A program made the translations under genes and the position numbers. Under the pieces are notes generated by a model that made no database searches, was not told the origin of the DNA, and saw nothing but the letters and a program-made list of their open reading frames with translations. From a virus (Duplodnaviria > Caudoviricetes), in the IMG/VR virus record IMGVR_UViG_3300032295_001737, positions 1-29,786 of that record: 29,786 bases of DNA; one strand, written 5' to 3'. Positions 18,049-26,789 of this stretch are shown in pieces (position 1 is the stretch's first letter; each line of letters begins with the position of its first letter).

Positions 18049-18516
18049 ATGCAAATTACATTCTTAATGATCAAATATCAATTCACTAGTCCTCTAGATG
18101 GATCGTACTTCTCTGACTTCACTAAATTTTTAGACACTGAAACCGATGAAGAAGGCCAAACAATAGCAATCGAATTCTTATCTAAATCTGCAGAATTGAT
18201 CGATAGTTTAGCAGAACATCGTCCTTACCCTATAATGACTAATCAAAAAATATATGTTAGCCCTACTTCTCCTACAGAATGCTACACTGGATTAGGGTTT
18301 GTAGATTTTAACAACTACGAAAACATATTTAAAGCATCACCTTACTACAATGATTTTCGAACAGCATTTGTAAATCTTCAAAACAAATTCCAAATAACAG
18401 AAGTTGAGACCAAACAAGCAGTTGTAGAAGTAGAATGGTTTGATAACAGTCAATTGTATCTAGGCCTTCCTGTTAATTGGTTAGAAGCAGACGAGTTGTT
18501 TAATTCTGTTGCTTAA
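18049..18516 (+). CDS. hypothetical protein (155 aa; alternative start at the MIKYQF Met)
   Basis: ORF fills the space between two minus-strand genes; no motif recognised. Confidence 0.65.
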   Translation: MQITFLMIKYQFTSPLDGSYFSDFTKFLDTETDEEGQTIAIEFLSKSAELIDSLAEHRPYPIMTNQKIYVSPTSPTECYTGLGFVDFNNYENIFKASPYYNDFRTAFVNLQNKFQITEVETKQAVVEVEWFDNSQLYLGLPVNWLEADELFNSVA

Positions 18517-19243
18517 TACTAGTTGACCAGTCGTTTGCAAAAATTGCCTGTTCATGAAATTTGTAAGCTGATCTAACAACTAGGTCATTAAACTTTTTAT
18601 CTAGTTTCTTATCTCTTAGCCTAGTATCATCTCCAGCGGTTCCGAGTAAGATAGCTATTCTTTCAGACTTAACCGTATTAATAATTGAATGTGCTGCCCG
18701 TAAATTATTAAGATAAAAAGGTTGTCTAGGATGAATATTTTCAGCAACAACGGCTTTATGAATTAATCTAGGGTCATCTTTTGTAAAGTTTGTACCTATG
18801 ATATCTTCGCTAGGTATATTTGGATATGCTTCTTTTATAAGTATTTCATTCTCTTTATAACTTTCATTAAGCACATAAAATCGCAACCCTAACAAATCAG
18901 GATCTGCGTGCCAAAACCCTACTCCTAGTGTACTATCTCTAATAGGTAATATTGCTAACACTATTATTTCGTCTTCGGCTATTTCAAAAGTTTCTATTGC
19001 ATATTTGGCTAACTCAGGAAATTCTTTATCAAAATTGTTTTGCCAGCTATATAACTTAGCAAAGGTAAAATCCCAAGGATACTTGTCCCCTTTACTATTA
19101 TGAGCTTGTACAACTCCTTCTGTAAGATCAAGCAAATTAGTTTGAGGATAAGTCTTTTCAATCCAATTTCTTAATTTTGCTATATCTATTTCTGGACAAG
19201 GCGGCAAGTCTAACGGAGTATATAATATATCAATAGCGTTCAT
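18500..19243 (-). CDS. putative 2OG-Fe(II) oxygenase / cupin-fold protein
   Basis: GFWHADPD (HxD), LRFY, FYLNNLRAAHSIIN (distal His), ERIAILL (Arg). Confidence 0.6.
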   Translation of the reverse strand: MNAIDILYTPLDLPPCPEIDIAKLRNWIEKTYPQTNLLDLTEGVVQAHNSKGDKYPWDFTFAKLYSWQNNFDKEFPELAKYAIETFEIAEDEIIVLAILPIRDSTLGVGFWHADPDLLGLRFYVLNESYKENEILIKEAYPNIPSEDIIGTNFTKDDPRLIHKAVVAENIHPRQPFYLNNLRAAHSIINTVKSERIAILLGTAGDDTRLRDKKLDKKFNDLVVRSAYKFHEQAIFANDWSTSIKQQN

Positions 19244-19249
19244 ATGTCC

Positions 19250-19267
19250 TATTTAAGTGTGTAAATA
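19250..19267. promoter_or_regulatory. back-to-back TAAATA motifs for divergent genes
   Basis: TATTTA at 19250-19255 (minus-strand TAAATA, 6 nt before ATG 19243); TAAATA at 19262-19267 (16 nt before ATG 19284, with TAAGGA SD between). Confidence 0.6.
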
Positions 19268-19283
19268 CCAGTAAGGATATAAA

Positions 19284-20033
19284 ATGTTTTCAGCTACTAA
19301 AAATTCTCTCATCGCATATCAAATATTGGCCCACATAGCATTTGTGGCAATGTTATTTTATGGATCAATAACTACTTGGTCAATTGCTATTGCAATATAT
19401 TTCTTTATTGCAACTATAGGAGGAACGGTTACTTACCATCGTTTACTATCTCACAAATCATTTAAGCCTCAAAAATGGTTTTCCTATTTTGGACCAATCG
19501 TAGGAGCTATAGGTGGAAATGGTTCAGGTATTGCCTGGGTTGCTATTCATAGAGAACATCATAGGTATACGGACACAGAAAAAGATCCACATAGCCCTAT
19601 ATATAAAAGCTTCTTTAGAATTCAATTTTTAAGTATGTGTGATATCCCTAATATTAGATATGTACCTGACCTGTTGCGTTCTAAGTTCCACATGTGGATA
19701 CATACAAATTATTGGCTCATTAACCTTGTTTATGTTGCTATTCTTTATATGATAGATCCTTGGGCAGTTGTATATGCTTATTTTGTTCCTACACTAATGG
19801 TATGGCATGCTGGAAGTTTTATTAATACTGTTAATCATACTATCGGTTATCGACCTAATGAAACGACTGATACAAGTACCAATAACTTATTCACAGGTTA
19901 CTTAGTCTCAGGCGAAGGTTGGCACAACGGCCATCATGCATTTCCTGCAAATGCAAAATTTGGTAAAAAGTGGTGGGAGTTTGATCTAGGTTGGCAAGTG
20001 ATTAAACTAGTAAGGTCTAATGAAACTAGCTGA
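19284..20033 (+). CDS. membrane fatty acid desaturase, delta-9 (DesC/OLE1-like), copy 1
   Basis: Three His boxes YHRLLSH, IHREHH, GEGWHNGHH; DTEKDPHSP; INTVNH; WWEFDLGW; hydrophobic TM segments. Confidence 0.93.
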   Translation: MFSATKNSLIAYQILAHIAFVAMLFYGSITTWSIAIAIYFFIATIGGTVTYHRLLSHKSFKPQKWFSYFGPIVGAIGGNGSGIAWVAIHREHHRYTDTEKDPHSPIYKSFFRIQFLSMCDIPNIRYVPDLLRSKFHMWIHTNYWLINLVYVAILYMIDPWAVVYAYFVPTLMVWHAGSFINTVNHTIGYRPNETTDTSTNNLFTGYLVSGEGWHNGHHAFPANAKFGKKWWEFDLGWQVIKLVRSNETS

Positions 20034-20778
20034 CATTTTTAAGCCATCTATTAAACTGTTACTGCTAAATCAGTTTATTACCTATTGTGTATTTGTCTAT
20101 TTTTTATTTACAGGTACAAGCACGGAGTGGCTAATTGTATTTGCTATCTATCTTTTTAGAGTGACAATAGGAGCAACAATTACTCTACATAGATTATTGT
20201 CGCATCGATCTTTTATTGCTCCCAAGTGGTTTGAATATATTGGAAGTATTATTGCAACCTACGGTGGAGGAGTATCAACTATTGGATGGGTTGCAATTCA
20301 TCGAGAGCACCATAAATTCTCTGATACTGATCGTGATCCGCACAGTCCTAATCATCTGCACCCTCTTGCTGTGCAATTTCGAGCTGGGTTGAAAGTTCCC
20401 AGTATAAAATATGTACCAGATTTACTGAGATCGAAGTTTCATGTAACAATAAATCAATACCATTGGGCAATCACAGCATTGATATTTTTATCTATACTAG
20501 CAATAGATCCTAGGGCGTTAGTATTTGCATACTTTGTCCCTAATCTAATATACTGGCACTCCGGAGGATTAATTAATACAATTAACCACATGTGGGGTTA
20601 TCGAACTTATCAAACTAAAGATTCTAGTACCAATAACTGGTTAACTGGATATCTAGTAGCAGGAGAGGGCTGGCACAACAATCATCACAATGCTGCTTCT
20701 AGTCCTAAGTTTGGAGAGAAATGGTGGGAGTTTGATCTAGGATGGCAAGTAATTAAACTGATTCAGAAAAATCCCTAA
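20020..20778 (+). CDS. membrane fatty acid desaturase, delta-9 (DesC/OLE1-like), copy 2
   Basis: His boxes LHRLLSH, IHREHH, GEGWHNNHH; DTDRDPHSP; INTINH; WWEFDLGW. Confidence 0.93.
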   Translation: MKLADIFKPSIKLLLLNQFITYCVFVYFLFTGTSTEWLIVFAIYLFRVTIGATITLHRLLSHRSFIAPKWFEYIGSIIATYGGGVSTIGWVAIHREHHKFSDTDRDPHSPNHLHPLAVQFRAGLKVPSIKYVPDLLRSKFHVTINQYHWAITALIFLSILAIDPRALVFAYFVPNLIYWHSGGLINTINHMWGYRTYQTKDSSTNNWLTGYLVAGEGWHNNHHNAASSPKFGEKWWEFDLGWQVIKLIQKNP

Positions 20779-21298
20779 TCCATTCAGCGTAGATTCTATT
20801 TTGTGTGTCCCACTGACACTCCATTAATCTAAATCCAAATTTTTCTGCTAGTCTAACATGTTCTGCAATAGACCAAGGGTAAAATTGAATCTGTTTACAT
20901 TCTTCGTTACTATGATCTTGCAGTCCCGGATTACATCTCCAATATATTCTGCAATTAGACTGTAACAGAGATACAACTTTAGCAATCTGTCTCTCAATAT
21001 CATCAACTGTACCAAAGTTAATACTTCCTAGACAAAAAGCAACATCGAACTTTTGATCTGTAGTAAATTCATCTATTGTACATTTAACATCAGCTTGATC
21101 AAATGCTGGGTCAATTCCTATTAAGTTAGGAATAAGCCCCTTGAAAGGGTTTGCCCCGCACCCTACATCAATAACAGATTCACCGGGTTTTACTTTGTCA
21201 ATTAAGAACTTCCCCGTCTTATTAAATTTAGATAAGTCACCGTTTTTACGATGCCATACTGTACCAAAGTAATAATTTAAATAATCCTGATCTACCAT
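20753..21298 (-). CDS. class I SAM-dependent methyltransferase
   Basis: Start moved to ATG 21298 (MVDQDY) to avoid overlapping the divergent gene. VIDVGCG, IGIDP, FDVAFCLGSINF. Confidence 0.85.
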   Translation of the reverse strand: MVDQDYLNYYFGTVWHRKNGDLSKFNKTGKFLIDKVKPGESVIDVGCGANPFKGLIPNLIGIDPAFDQADVKCTIDEFTTDQKFDVAFCLGSINFGTVDDIERQIAKVVSLLQSNCRIYWRCNPGLQDHSNEECKQIQFYPWSIAEHVRLAEKFGFRLMECQWDTQNRIYAEWIRDFSESV

Positions 21299-21302
21299 AT
21301 AA

Positions 21303-21326
21303 TAAATACCATAATAAGAGTATTTA
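21303..21326. promoter_or_regulatory. crossed TAAATA motifs for divergent genes
   Basis: TAAATA on + at 21303-21308 (18 nt before ATG 21327) and on - at 21326-21321 (22 nt before ATG 21298), in a 28-nt gap. Confidence 0.55.
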
Positions 21327-21917
21327 ATGAAACATCCAGACCGCATATTTTTTACAGGAGTGCCCGGCAGCAGATGGAGTGGTATTGCACAGAAGATCGA
21401 AGAGATCAAATGGATGAATACCAGCGACAGAACGCCCGACAGAGAATACACGCACGGGCAATTTACCGGACACAAAGGAGCTTACTTTGGAAAGAGTATG
21501 GAACTACATCCAATTCTTGATACCGGCTACATTGATCAAGCATGGTTAACACTAGGTAGTTGTAAACTAATTAAGAGCCATAACTGGGCATACAACTTAG
21601 ATGATGTGTACGATTTTTGTAAAAAGAATAACAGTTGGCTAATGTTAGTTTATCGTCCCGATCAAGCTAGTTTCAATTGGTGGAAAGAAGCTGGTGGCTT
21701 TGATATCAAGTATCCATGTTATGATGAATACATAGACGATAAAAATATGCAAGAGCAAATTGCTATACAAAATTCAAATATGCTAAAGTTTTCTTTTAAA
21801 TATGATCTCACATGGAATCATTTTAACCCATGGTGGGTGAGAGAAAATCTAGGTGCAAAGATTGAATTTGAAAAAAAATCAAATTGGGAAGATATCTTAG
21901 TGAGTATTATTAAATGA
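21327..21917 (+). CDS. P-loop / sulfotransferase-fold protein
   Basis: RIFFTGVPGSRWSG (PSB-loop-like), KLIKSH, MLVYRPD match the order of sulfotransferase core elements. Confidence 0.55.
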   Translation: MKHPDRIFFTGVPGSRWSGIAQKIEEIKWMNTSDRTPDREYTHGQFTGHKGAYFGKSMELHPILDTGYIDQAWLTLGSCKLIKSHNWAYNLDDVYDFCKKNNSWLMLVYRPDQASFNWWKEAGGFDIKYPCYDEYIDDKNMQEQIAIQNSNMLKFSFKYDLTWNHFNPWWVRENLGAKIEFEKKSNWEDILVSIIK

Positions 21918-22675
21918 CACAACAAGTTTATGTGGTTGCATTTACAAACGGAAGCTGCGGGTCTTTTATACTTGCTCTTATTGAGCGACTAACAAACCTT
22001 AAGACTAAAATACCCTTCTTGATCGGACAGTGGGCTAGTGCTCACAAACTAGTAACTAATCGAGGATTTGACGACACTTTGAGTAATAACACAGCTAATT
22101 ATCCTGGAGATTCAGTATTATGGTGGGACCTTTTAAAAATTACAGCAGCGCCTAATCAAAACATTTACATTACTTCTCATTTTTATGATCCAGCATCTAT
22201 ACTTAGAAACTTTCCATCGTCTAGAGTATTTGTAATAACACATACAGCTGAAGATGCCAGAGAAATTGCAATAAACAATTTTTTTAAATCTATTGTTGCA
22301 GAGTGGAATACATCTCGAGCTAGAGTTGTACAACAAAATTATAAATGGGTGAGGGCTATTGCACCACATCTGTTTACTTCTAAATATGGAACTCCTCCTA
22401 ACCAGTTAAATAAGAAGGAGATGAATGCTGTTGTAGAAATACTTAGAGGTGAAACAATTAGACACGGTATGCATATGGTTACTATTCCGGAACAGTATCA
22501 AGACAGTATTATAGAAATAAAATACAGAGATATATTTGACAAGCCTGAGAAAGTACTAGAAATTATATCTCAACATACTGGATATAACATCACTGATTTT
22601 GTTCGAGAACAATATACAACTTACCTTAACAAACAAGCAGAATTTAAACGGAAAACACAAGAGATATTAACATGA
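21914..22675 (+). CDS. sulfotransferase-fold-like protein, tandem paralog A
   Basis: VYVVAFTNGSCGSFILALIERL, YITSHFYD, FPSSRVFVIT, IEIKYRDIFDKPEKVLEIISQHTG (like the YEDL..DP..L..I..FLG sulfotransferase C-terminal motif). Confidence 0.55.
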   Translation: MTQQVYVVAFTNGSCGSFILALIERLTNLKTKIPFLIGQWASAHKLVTNRGFDDTLSNNTANYPGDSVLWWDLLKITAAPNQNIYITSHFYDPASILRNFPSSRVFVITHTAEDAREIAINNFFKSIVAEWNTSRARVVQQNYKWVRAIAPHLFTSKYGTPPNQLNKKEMNAVVEILRGETIRHGMHMVTIPEQYQDSIIEIKYRDIFDKPEKVLEIISQHTGYNITDFVREQYTTYLNKQAEFKRKTQEILT

Positions 22676-23442
22676 CGAACCATCATCGAACTTATGTAGT
22701 TGCATTTTCAAATGGTAGTAGCGGATCTATGCTTCTTGCACTCATCGAACGATTAACAAACCCAGAAATTACTAGACCTTTTTGGTTTACGAAATGGGGT
22801 AATGCTCATTTATGCACGGTGCGTCCGGGAATTGTGTTTGATTTTGATAAAGTAAAGTTTAACGGACACGCAGACGAATCAAACGATTGGTGGGGCGGAG
22901 TAGTTCCTATTGTTGATGTTAGTCAACCTCTTTACATACAGAGTCATTTTTATGATCCGCCGACTATACTTAATCATTTTCCAAATGCAAAAATATTTGT
23001 AATAACCCATACTGACAGCGACAGTAGAGAAATTGCAATTAATAGTGTTTTTAAGTTTATGATTGGAGAGTGGAATGGACGATCTAGCGAATTAGCAAGA
23101 CGAGTATACGATTGGATAAGAGGAAACTGTCCTCATCTGTTTACCTCATCTAAGGATATACCTCCTGAAAAATTAACCAAAACAGAACTAAACGGACTAG
23201 TAGAAATATATAGAGGTGACTTATTCCGTAGAGCAATGCATATGGTTACCATCCCAGAAGAATATAAAGATATCGTTGTAGAAATAAAATACAGAGATAT
23301 AATAGATAACCCTGAAAAAGTTTTAAATACGCTTTCTCAGGCAACAGGGTACGAAGTTACCGACTTTGTAAGGGCGCAATACACGGCGTACCTCGACAAG
23401 CATAGAGAATTTAAGCAAACAACACAGGAGCTTTTAACATGA
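22672..23442 (+). CDS. sulfotransferase-fold-like protein, tandem paralog B
   Basis: YVVAFSNGSSGSMLLALIERL, YIQSHFYD, FPNAKIFVIT, VEIKYRDIIDNPEKVLNTLSQATG; closely similar to paralog A. Confidence 0.55.
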   Translation: MTNHHRTYVVAFSNGSSGSMLLALIERLTNPEITRPFWFTKWGNAHLCTVRPGIVFDFDKVKFNGHADESNDWWGGVVPIVDVSQPLYIQSHFYDPPTILNHFPNAKIFVITHTDSDSREIAINSVFKFMIGEWNGRSSELARRVYDWIRGNCPHLFTSSKDIPPEKLTKTELNGLVEIYRGDLFRRAMHMVTIPEEYKDIVVEIKYRDIIDNPEKVLNTLSQATGYEVTDFVRAQYTAYLDKHREFKQTTQELLT

Positions 23443-24170
23443 CACAACCGATATACATAGTAATACACCCAATGGGTGCAGGCGGATACTTTCTTAGAGC
23501 AATGCTAGAAAGGATGCTGAGACCCGATGACGAGATTCCAATTTGGCATAGCGTTCATAATAATGCATTAAGTGCAATAAACAAATCTGGATTTGACTAT
23601 AACTGGACCCGGGCCACTGGGATAGGTCAAACAGTTGACTTTTTTGAAAATGTAATTATATCGTTTCCCGACCCTGAACCAGTTGTAATGGGCTGGCGCA
23701 GTCTAAATTGGAATGCAATGCTTTCAAGATTCCCTGACGCTAAGGTAATAATATTAGGGTTTGACGAAGATGATGTCCCCCAACTAGCAATAAATCACTT
23801 TTGGAAATTCTTTGTAGATGAATATAACGGAGGCGCCCGCGATCCATTTATTGATGTAAGAAATTCTATTCCAGCTATTTTTACTTCTGCAGAAAGTGTT
23901 AGACCAGAAAACTTAACTGACGAAGAAAAGGCAAAATTAACAAAGTGGCTACAGAGTCTAGTAATAAGCCAAGGTGGAATGGTATACACAGTACCTGAAC
24001 AGTATCAATCACAAGCTACTATTATCAAGTACAAGGATATTATAGGAAACAAGGATAAAGTAATCTCTCAGCTAGAAGCAATTACTGGTACAACAGCTTC
24101 TAACTTTATTAAAGGTCAGTACGACCAATATTTGATTAGAGAGGCGGCATATTTGGAGAGCATTCAGTGA
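23439..24170 (+). CDS. sulfotransferase-fold-like protein, tandem paralog C
   Basis: IYIVIHPMGAGGYFLRAMLERM, FPDAKVIIL, IIKYKDIIGNKDKVISQLEAITG. Confidence 0.55.
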   Translation: MTQPIYIVIHPMGAGGYFLRAMLERMLRPDDEIPIWHSVHNNALSAINKSGFDYNWTRATGIGQTVDFFENVIISFPDPEPVVMGWRSLNWNAMLSRFPDAKVIILGFDEDDVPQLAINHFWKFFVDEYNGGARDPFIDVRNSIPAIFTSAESVRPENLTDEEKAKLTKWLQSLVISQGGMVYTVPEQYQSQATIIKYKDIIGNKDKVISQLEAITGTTASNFIKGQYDQYLIREAAYLESIQ

Positions 24171-24916
24171 TCCAGCCAGGTTATTTTATTTGTTATGCTC
24201 CGGGAACTTCCGGAGCTTTCATTTCATCACTAGTTGGACAAATAGTTAATTCTACAACTAAAAAGTTTGTATACTCGGACCACGGCAATTCACATACTAA
24301 CTTGTCTGATTCAAATGGCGGATTAGATTGGGCGTTGGCACCTACACCTACTACAAGTGAGTATTTTTTTAAAAATTTGTTCACCTATAACAGTGCTAGA
24401 CCTATAGTGATATCCAATCATCTTCACCCAGACTGGGAAACTATTGCTAAACGATGGCCTACTTTTAAGATGATATTAATCACACATTCAATAGACGATC
24501 TTGATGAAATTGCTGCAAGTTTGTTTTACAAATATTATGTAGATGATTTTGATTCGGTTTCTAATAAGGCGTTCAAAGATGTAATACAGACGCATAGTCG
24601 AGTATTTGGCCGAGAAGTTGCCCACCCTAATGAATTAACCGAAAGTGAAAAACGGTTGTTTATGAAAATCATTGTGTTCCATAAAATTACAGATGGTTAC
24701 ATTCATCCAACAGTTCCCCCAGAGTATACAGCAAATACTCTTTTACTGCCTTATAGAGAAATTATATCTAACAAAGATCTAGTATTAGATAAATTATCTA
24801 CTTTTCTAGAAAAGCCTATTCCAGAAGCAACAAAAGATAATTACAATGCGTACATGATGTACCAACGAAAACTAGAAAGAGAGAAAATGACATGGTTAAA
24901 ACCATTCGACTTATAA
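24167..24916 (+). CDS. sulfotransferase-fold-like protein, tandem paralog D
   Basis: GTG start in a GTGA overlap with GGAG upstream; YFICYAPGTSGAFISSLV, GNSH, ISNHLHP, LLPYREIISNKDLVLDKLSTFLE. Confidence 0.55.
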   Translation: MIQPGYFICYAPGTSGAFISSLVGQIVNSTTKKFVYSDHGNSHTNLSDSNGGLDWALAPTPTTSEYFFKNLFTYNSARPIVISNHLHPDWETIAKRWPTFKMILITHSIDDLDEIAASLFYKYYVDDFDSVSNKAFKDVIQTHSRVFGREVAHPNELTESEKRLFMKIIVFHKITDGYIHPTVPPEYTANTLLLPYREIISNKDLVLDKLSTFLEKPIPEATKDNYNAYMMYQRKLEREKMTWLKPFDL

Positions 24917-25860
24917 TTTTATCATTATTATTGACCGCAGTTAACGCATTTGCCTGGCAACCAACAAAACCAATTAGAGTTATCTTAGGATTTACACCTG
25001 GATCAGGTAACGAAGTAAGTTTCAGAGGTGTTGAAGCTGTTCTACAAAAGCAGTACCCTAATTTAAATTTTATTATAGAGCATAGACCGGGCGTAGATTC
25101 TATTCTTGCTACAAACTACTTTGCAAAATTACCTGCTGACGGCTATGCAATTAGTATTCCTAGCGAACAGGGTACTTTTGTTACAGCAGAAGTATGGAAT
25201 AAAAAGGCAATGGAGTTTGATCCATTTGAATTTGAATTTGTAACTTCTATTGCACAGAGCCCATTAGCCCTAGTTGCCAGTGTAAACAGTCCTGTTAATA
25301 CAGTTAATGAACTAATCGAAACACTCAAGAAGCCAAATAGAGATATTAATTTTGCTGTTGGGGGAGGTGCTCATAAAGTAGCATATGAATTCTTAACAGA
25401 AACAATTAAAGCAAACGACACTAAAATACAAGCTGTACAATACAAAGGTCCTAATCCTGCTGTACTAGCCGTTGCTTCTAATCAAACAGAGTTCGGAATC
25501 ATGCCTGTTGCGATTGCCCAACCATTAATTACAGGTGGCAGGGTAAAGTTAATTGCACTTGCTGGTGATAAGAAGCTGTCAACTTATCCAAATACTCCGT
25601 TACTAAAAGATTTTGTTCCTGGTCTAGTAGTTAACGCTGGCTGGGTAATTGTATTGCCCAAGGGAACTCCTAAAGAAATCGTTAATTGGTATGTAAATGC
25701 GTTTGTACCCGCTATCAGGAGTGCTGAAGCTAAAGTATATTTTGATAACAATCTAATGATTGTTAATGAAAATCAACTTGGACCTGAAAAAGCAAAGAAC
25801 GCAATGATTAATTTACGAGACAAATGGCAACCAATCGTCCGTAAAATGAAAGTGGATTAA
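24892..25860 (+). CDS. Bug/TctC-family tripartite tricarboxylate transporter substrate-binding protein
   Basis: Signal peptide ending AFA, then WQPTKPIRVILGFTPGSG, IEHRPG, PADGY, VQYKGPNPA, GRVKLIA, PNTPLL, LPKGTPKEIV. Confidence 0.88.
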   Translation: MVKTIRLIILSLLLTAVNAFAWQPTKPIRVILGFTPGSGNEVSFRGVEAVLQKQYPNLNFIIEHRPGVDSILATNYFAKLPADGYAISIPSEQGTFVTAEVWNKKAMEFDPFEFEFVTSIAQSPLALVASVNSPVNTVNELIETLKKPNRDINFAVGGGAHKVAYEFLTETIKANDTKIQAVQYKGPNPAVLAVASNQTEFGIMPVAIAQPLITGGRVKLIALAGDKKLSTYPNTPLLKDFVPGLVVNAGWVIVLPKGTPKEIVNWYVNAFVPAIRSAEAKVYFDNNLMIVNENQLGPEKAKNAMINLRDKWQPIVRKMKVD

Positions 25861-26789
25861 ATGTCGGTGCGCTGTTCTATATAGAACTTACCGCTGTCTA
25901 TAAATTCTCTAGGAGTGATGTAGGACCAATCAAAAGTTTTGTGTCCTCTCATTCCTAATTCTTTCTTAAACAAATCTGTAAACTTACCTTCTATACGAAG
26001 TGTAATCCTGCTCTCAGTTTCCGCATCTACACCGTGCAAATCTGTTTCATTAAACCAATAGGCATATGAGTTTTCTTTTAGATAGTACTTTTCTTTTGTA
26101 TTAGGATCGTACAAGAAGAATGGCCTCGGCTGCATGTCTAGTTGTATATTGATAAAGTTTACATCGTGATTGCAAGGATAAAAGTCTCTATGTACAAACA
26201 CATCTGTATTGGGTTGGCTCTTAAATGCAATTACATATCCTATATGTTCAAAAGGTAATGATTCTGCAAGACGAATCAAAGTAGGACATTCTTTTTCAAC
26301 CCATGGCAACCAACTACTAGGTTTAGACTTATCAAAGTAATCAGCAGTATAGTTTCTAAACATTGCAATACCTTCCCACCTCTTTGTTATGCCAAAGTGT
26401 TCTTGTATGTGCATCTTAATATCTCGTTTCTTATCAAACCGATTGAGATCATAGTCCGGCCAGTACTTGTCTAAGTTAGCAAGATAACTGTCAGCACATC
26501 GTTGTCCGTTAATCTCTTCAGGAAAGATGCCGTTCTGAACTAGATAATTGTATTGTATACTAGAAGATTGTTCTATTTCTTCTTTAACTATAGGAACAAT
26601 GTTTTGATCCACATACCTGTTAAGACTAGCAATCTTAACTCCGTTTGGACCAACTCCCATAATAGGTAAGTTACAGTGTTTAAAGGACCACAATGCAGGA
26701 AATTGTTTGTGCCTTAAAGGATACTCAAATGCAAAGTCCTTCTCACCAAACTGTCCTTCGTTTACATAGTACATTCTAAACTGTTCCAA
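25857..26789 (-). CDS. protein with a C-terminal 2OG-Fe(II)/AspH-like oxygenase domain
   Basis: LPFEHIGYVIAF, VFVHRD (HxD), FINI, YWFNETDLHGVD (distal His), RITLRIEGKF. Confidence 0.65.
   Translation of the reverse strand: MEQFRMYYVNEGQFGEKDFAFEYPLRHKQFPALWSFKHCNLPIMGVGPNGVKIASLNRYVDQNIVPIVKEEIEQSSSIQYNYLVQNGIFPEEINGQRCADSYLANLDKYWPDYDLNRFDKKRDIKMHIQEHFGITKRWEGIAMFRNYTADYFDKSKPSSWLPWVEKECPTLIRLAESLPFEHIGYVIAFKSQPNTDVFVHRDFYPCNHDVNFINIQLDMQPRPFFLYDPNTKEKYYLKENSYAYWFNETDLHGVDAETESRITLRIEGKFTDLFKKELGMRGHKTFDWSYITPREFIDSGKFYIEQRTDI

Noticed and set aside
19971-20759. 36/38-nt match between the 3' ends of the two desaturases (19971-20008 and 20722-20759)
   Set aside because: Largely explained by the conserved Trp-rich peptide WWEFDLGWQVIKL and AT-biased codons
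21299-21475. Cys-rich 59-aa N-terminal extension of the methyltransferase in the ORF track
   Set aside because: It overlaps the divergent gene at 21327; ATG 21298 gives a normal domain and a motif-containing gap. Extensions at 2427, 3407, 9297, 13860, 28385 and 28984 were trimmed for similar reasons
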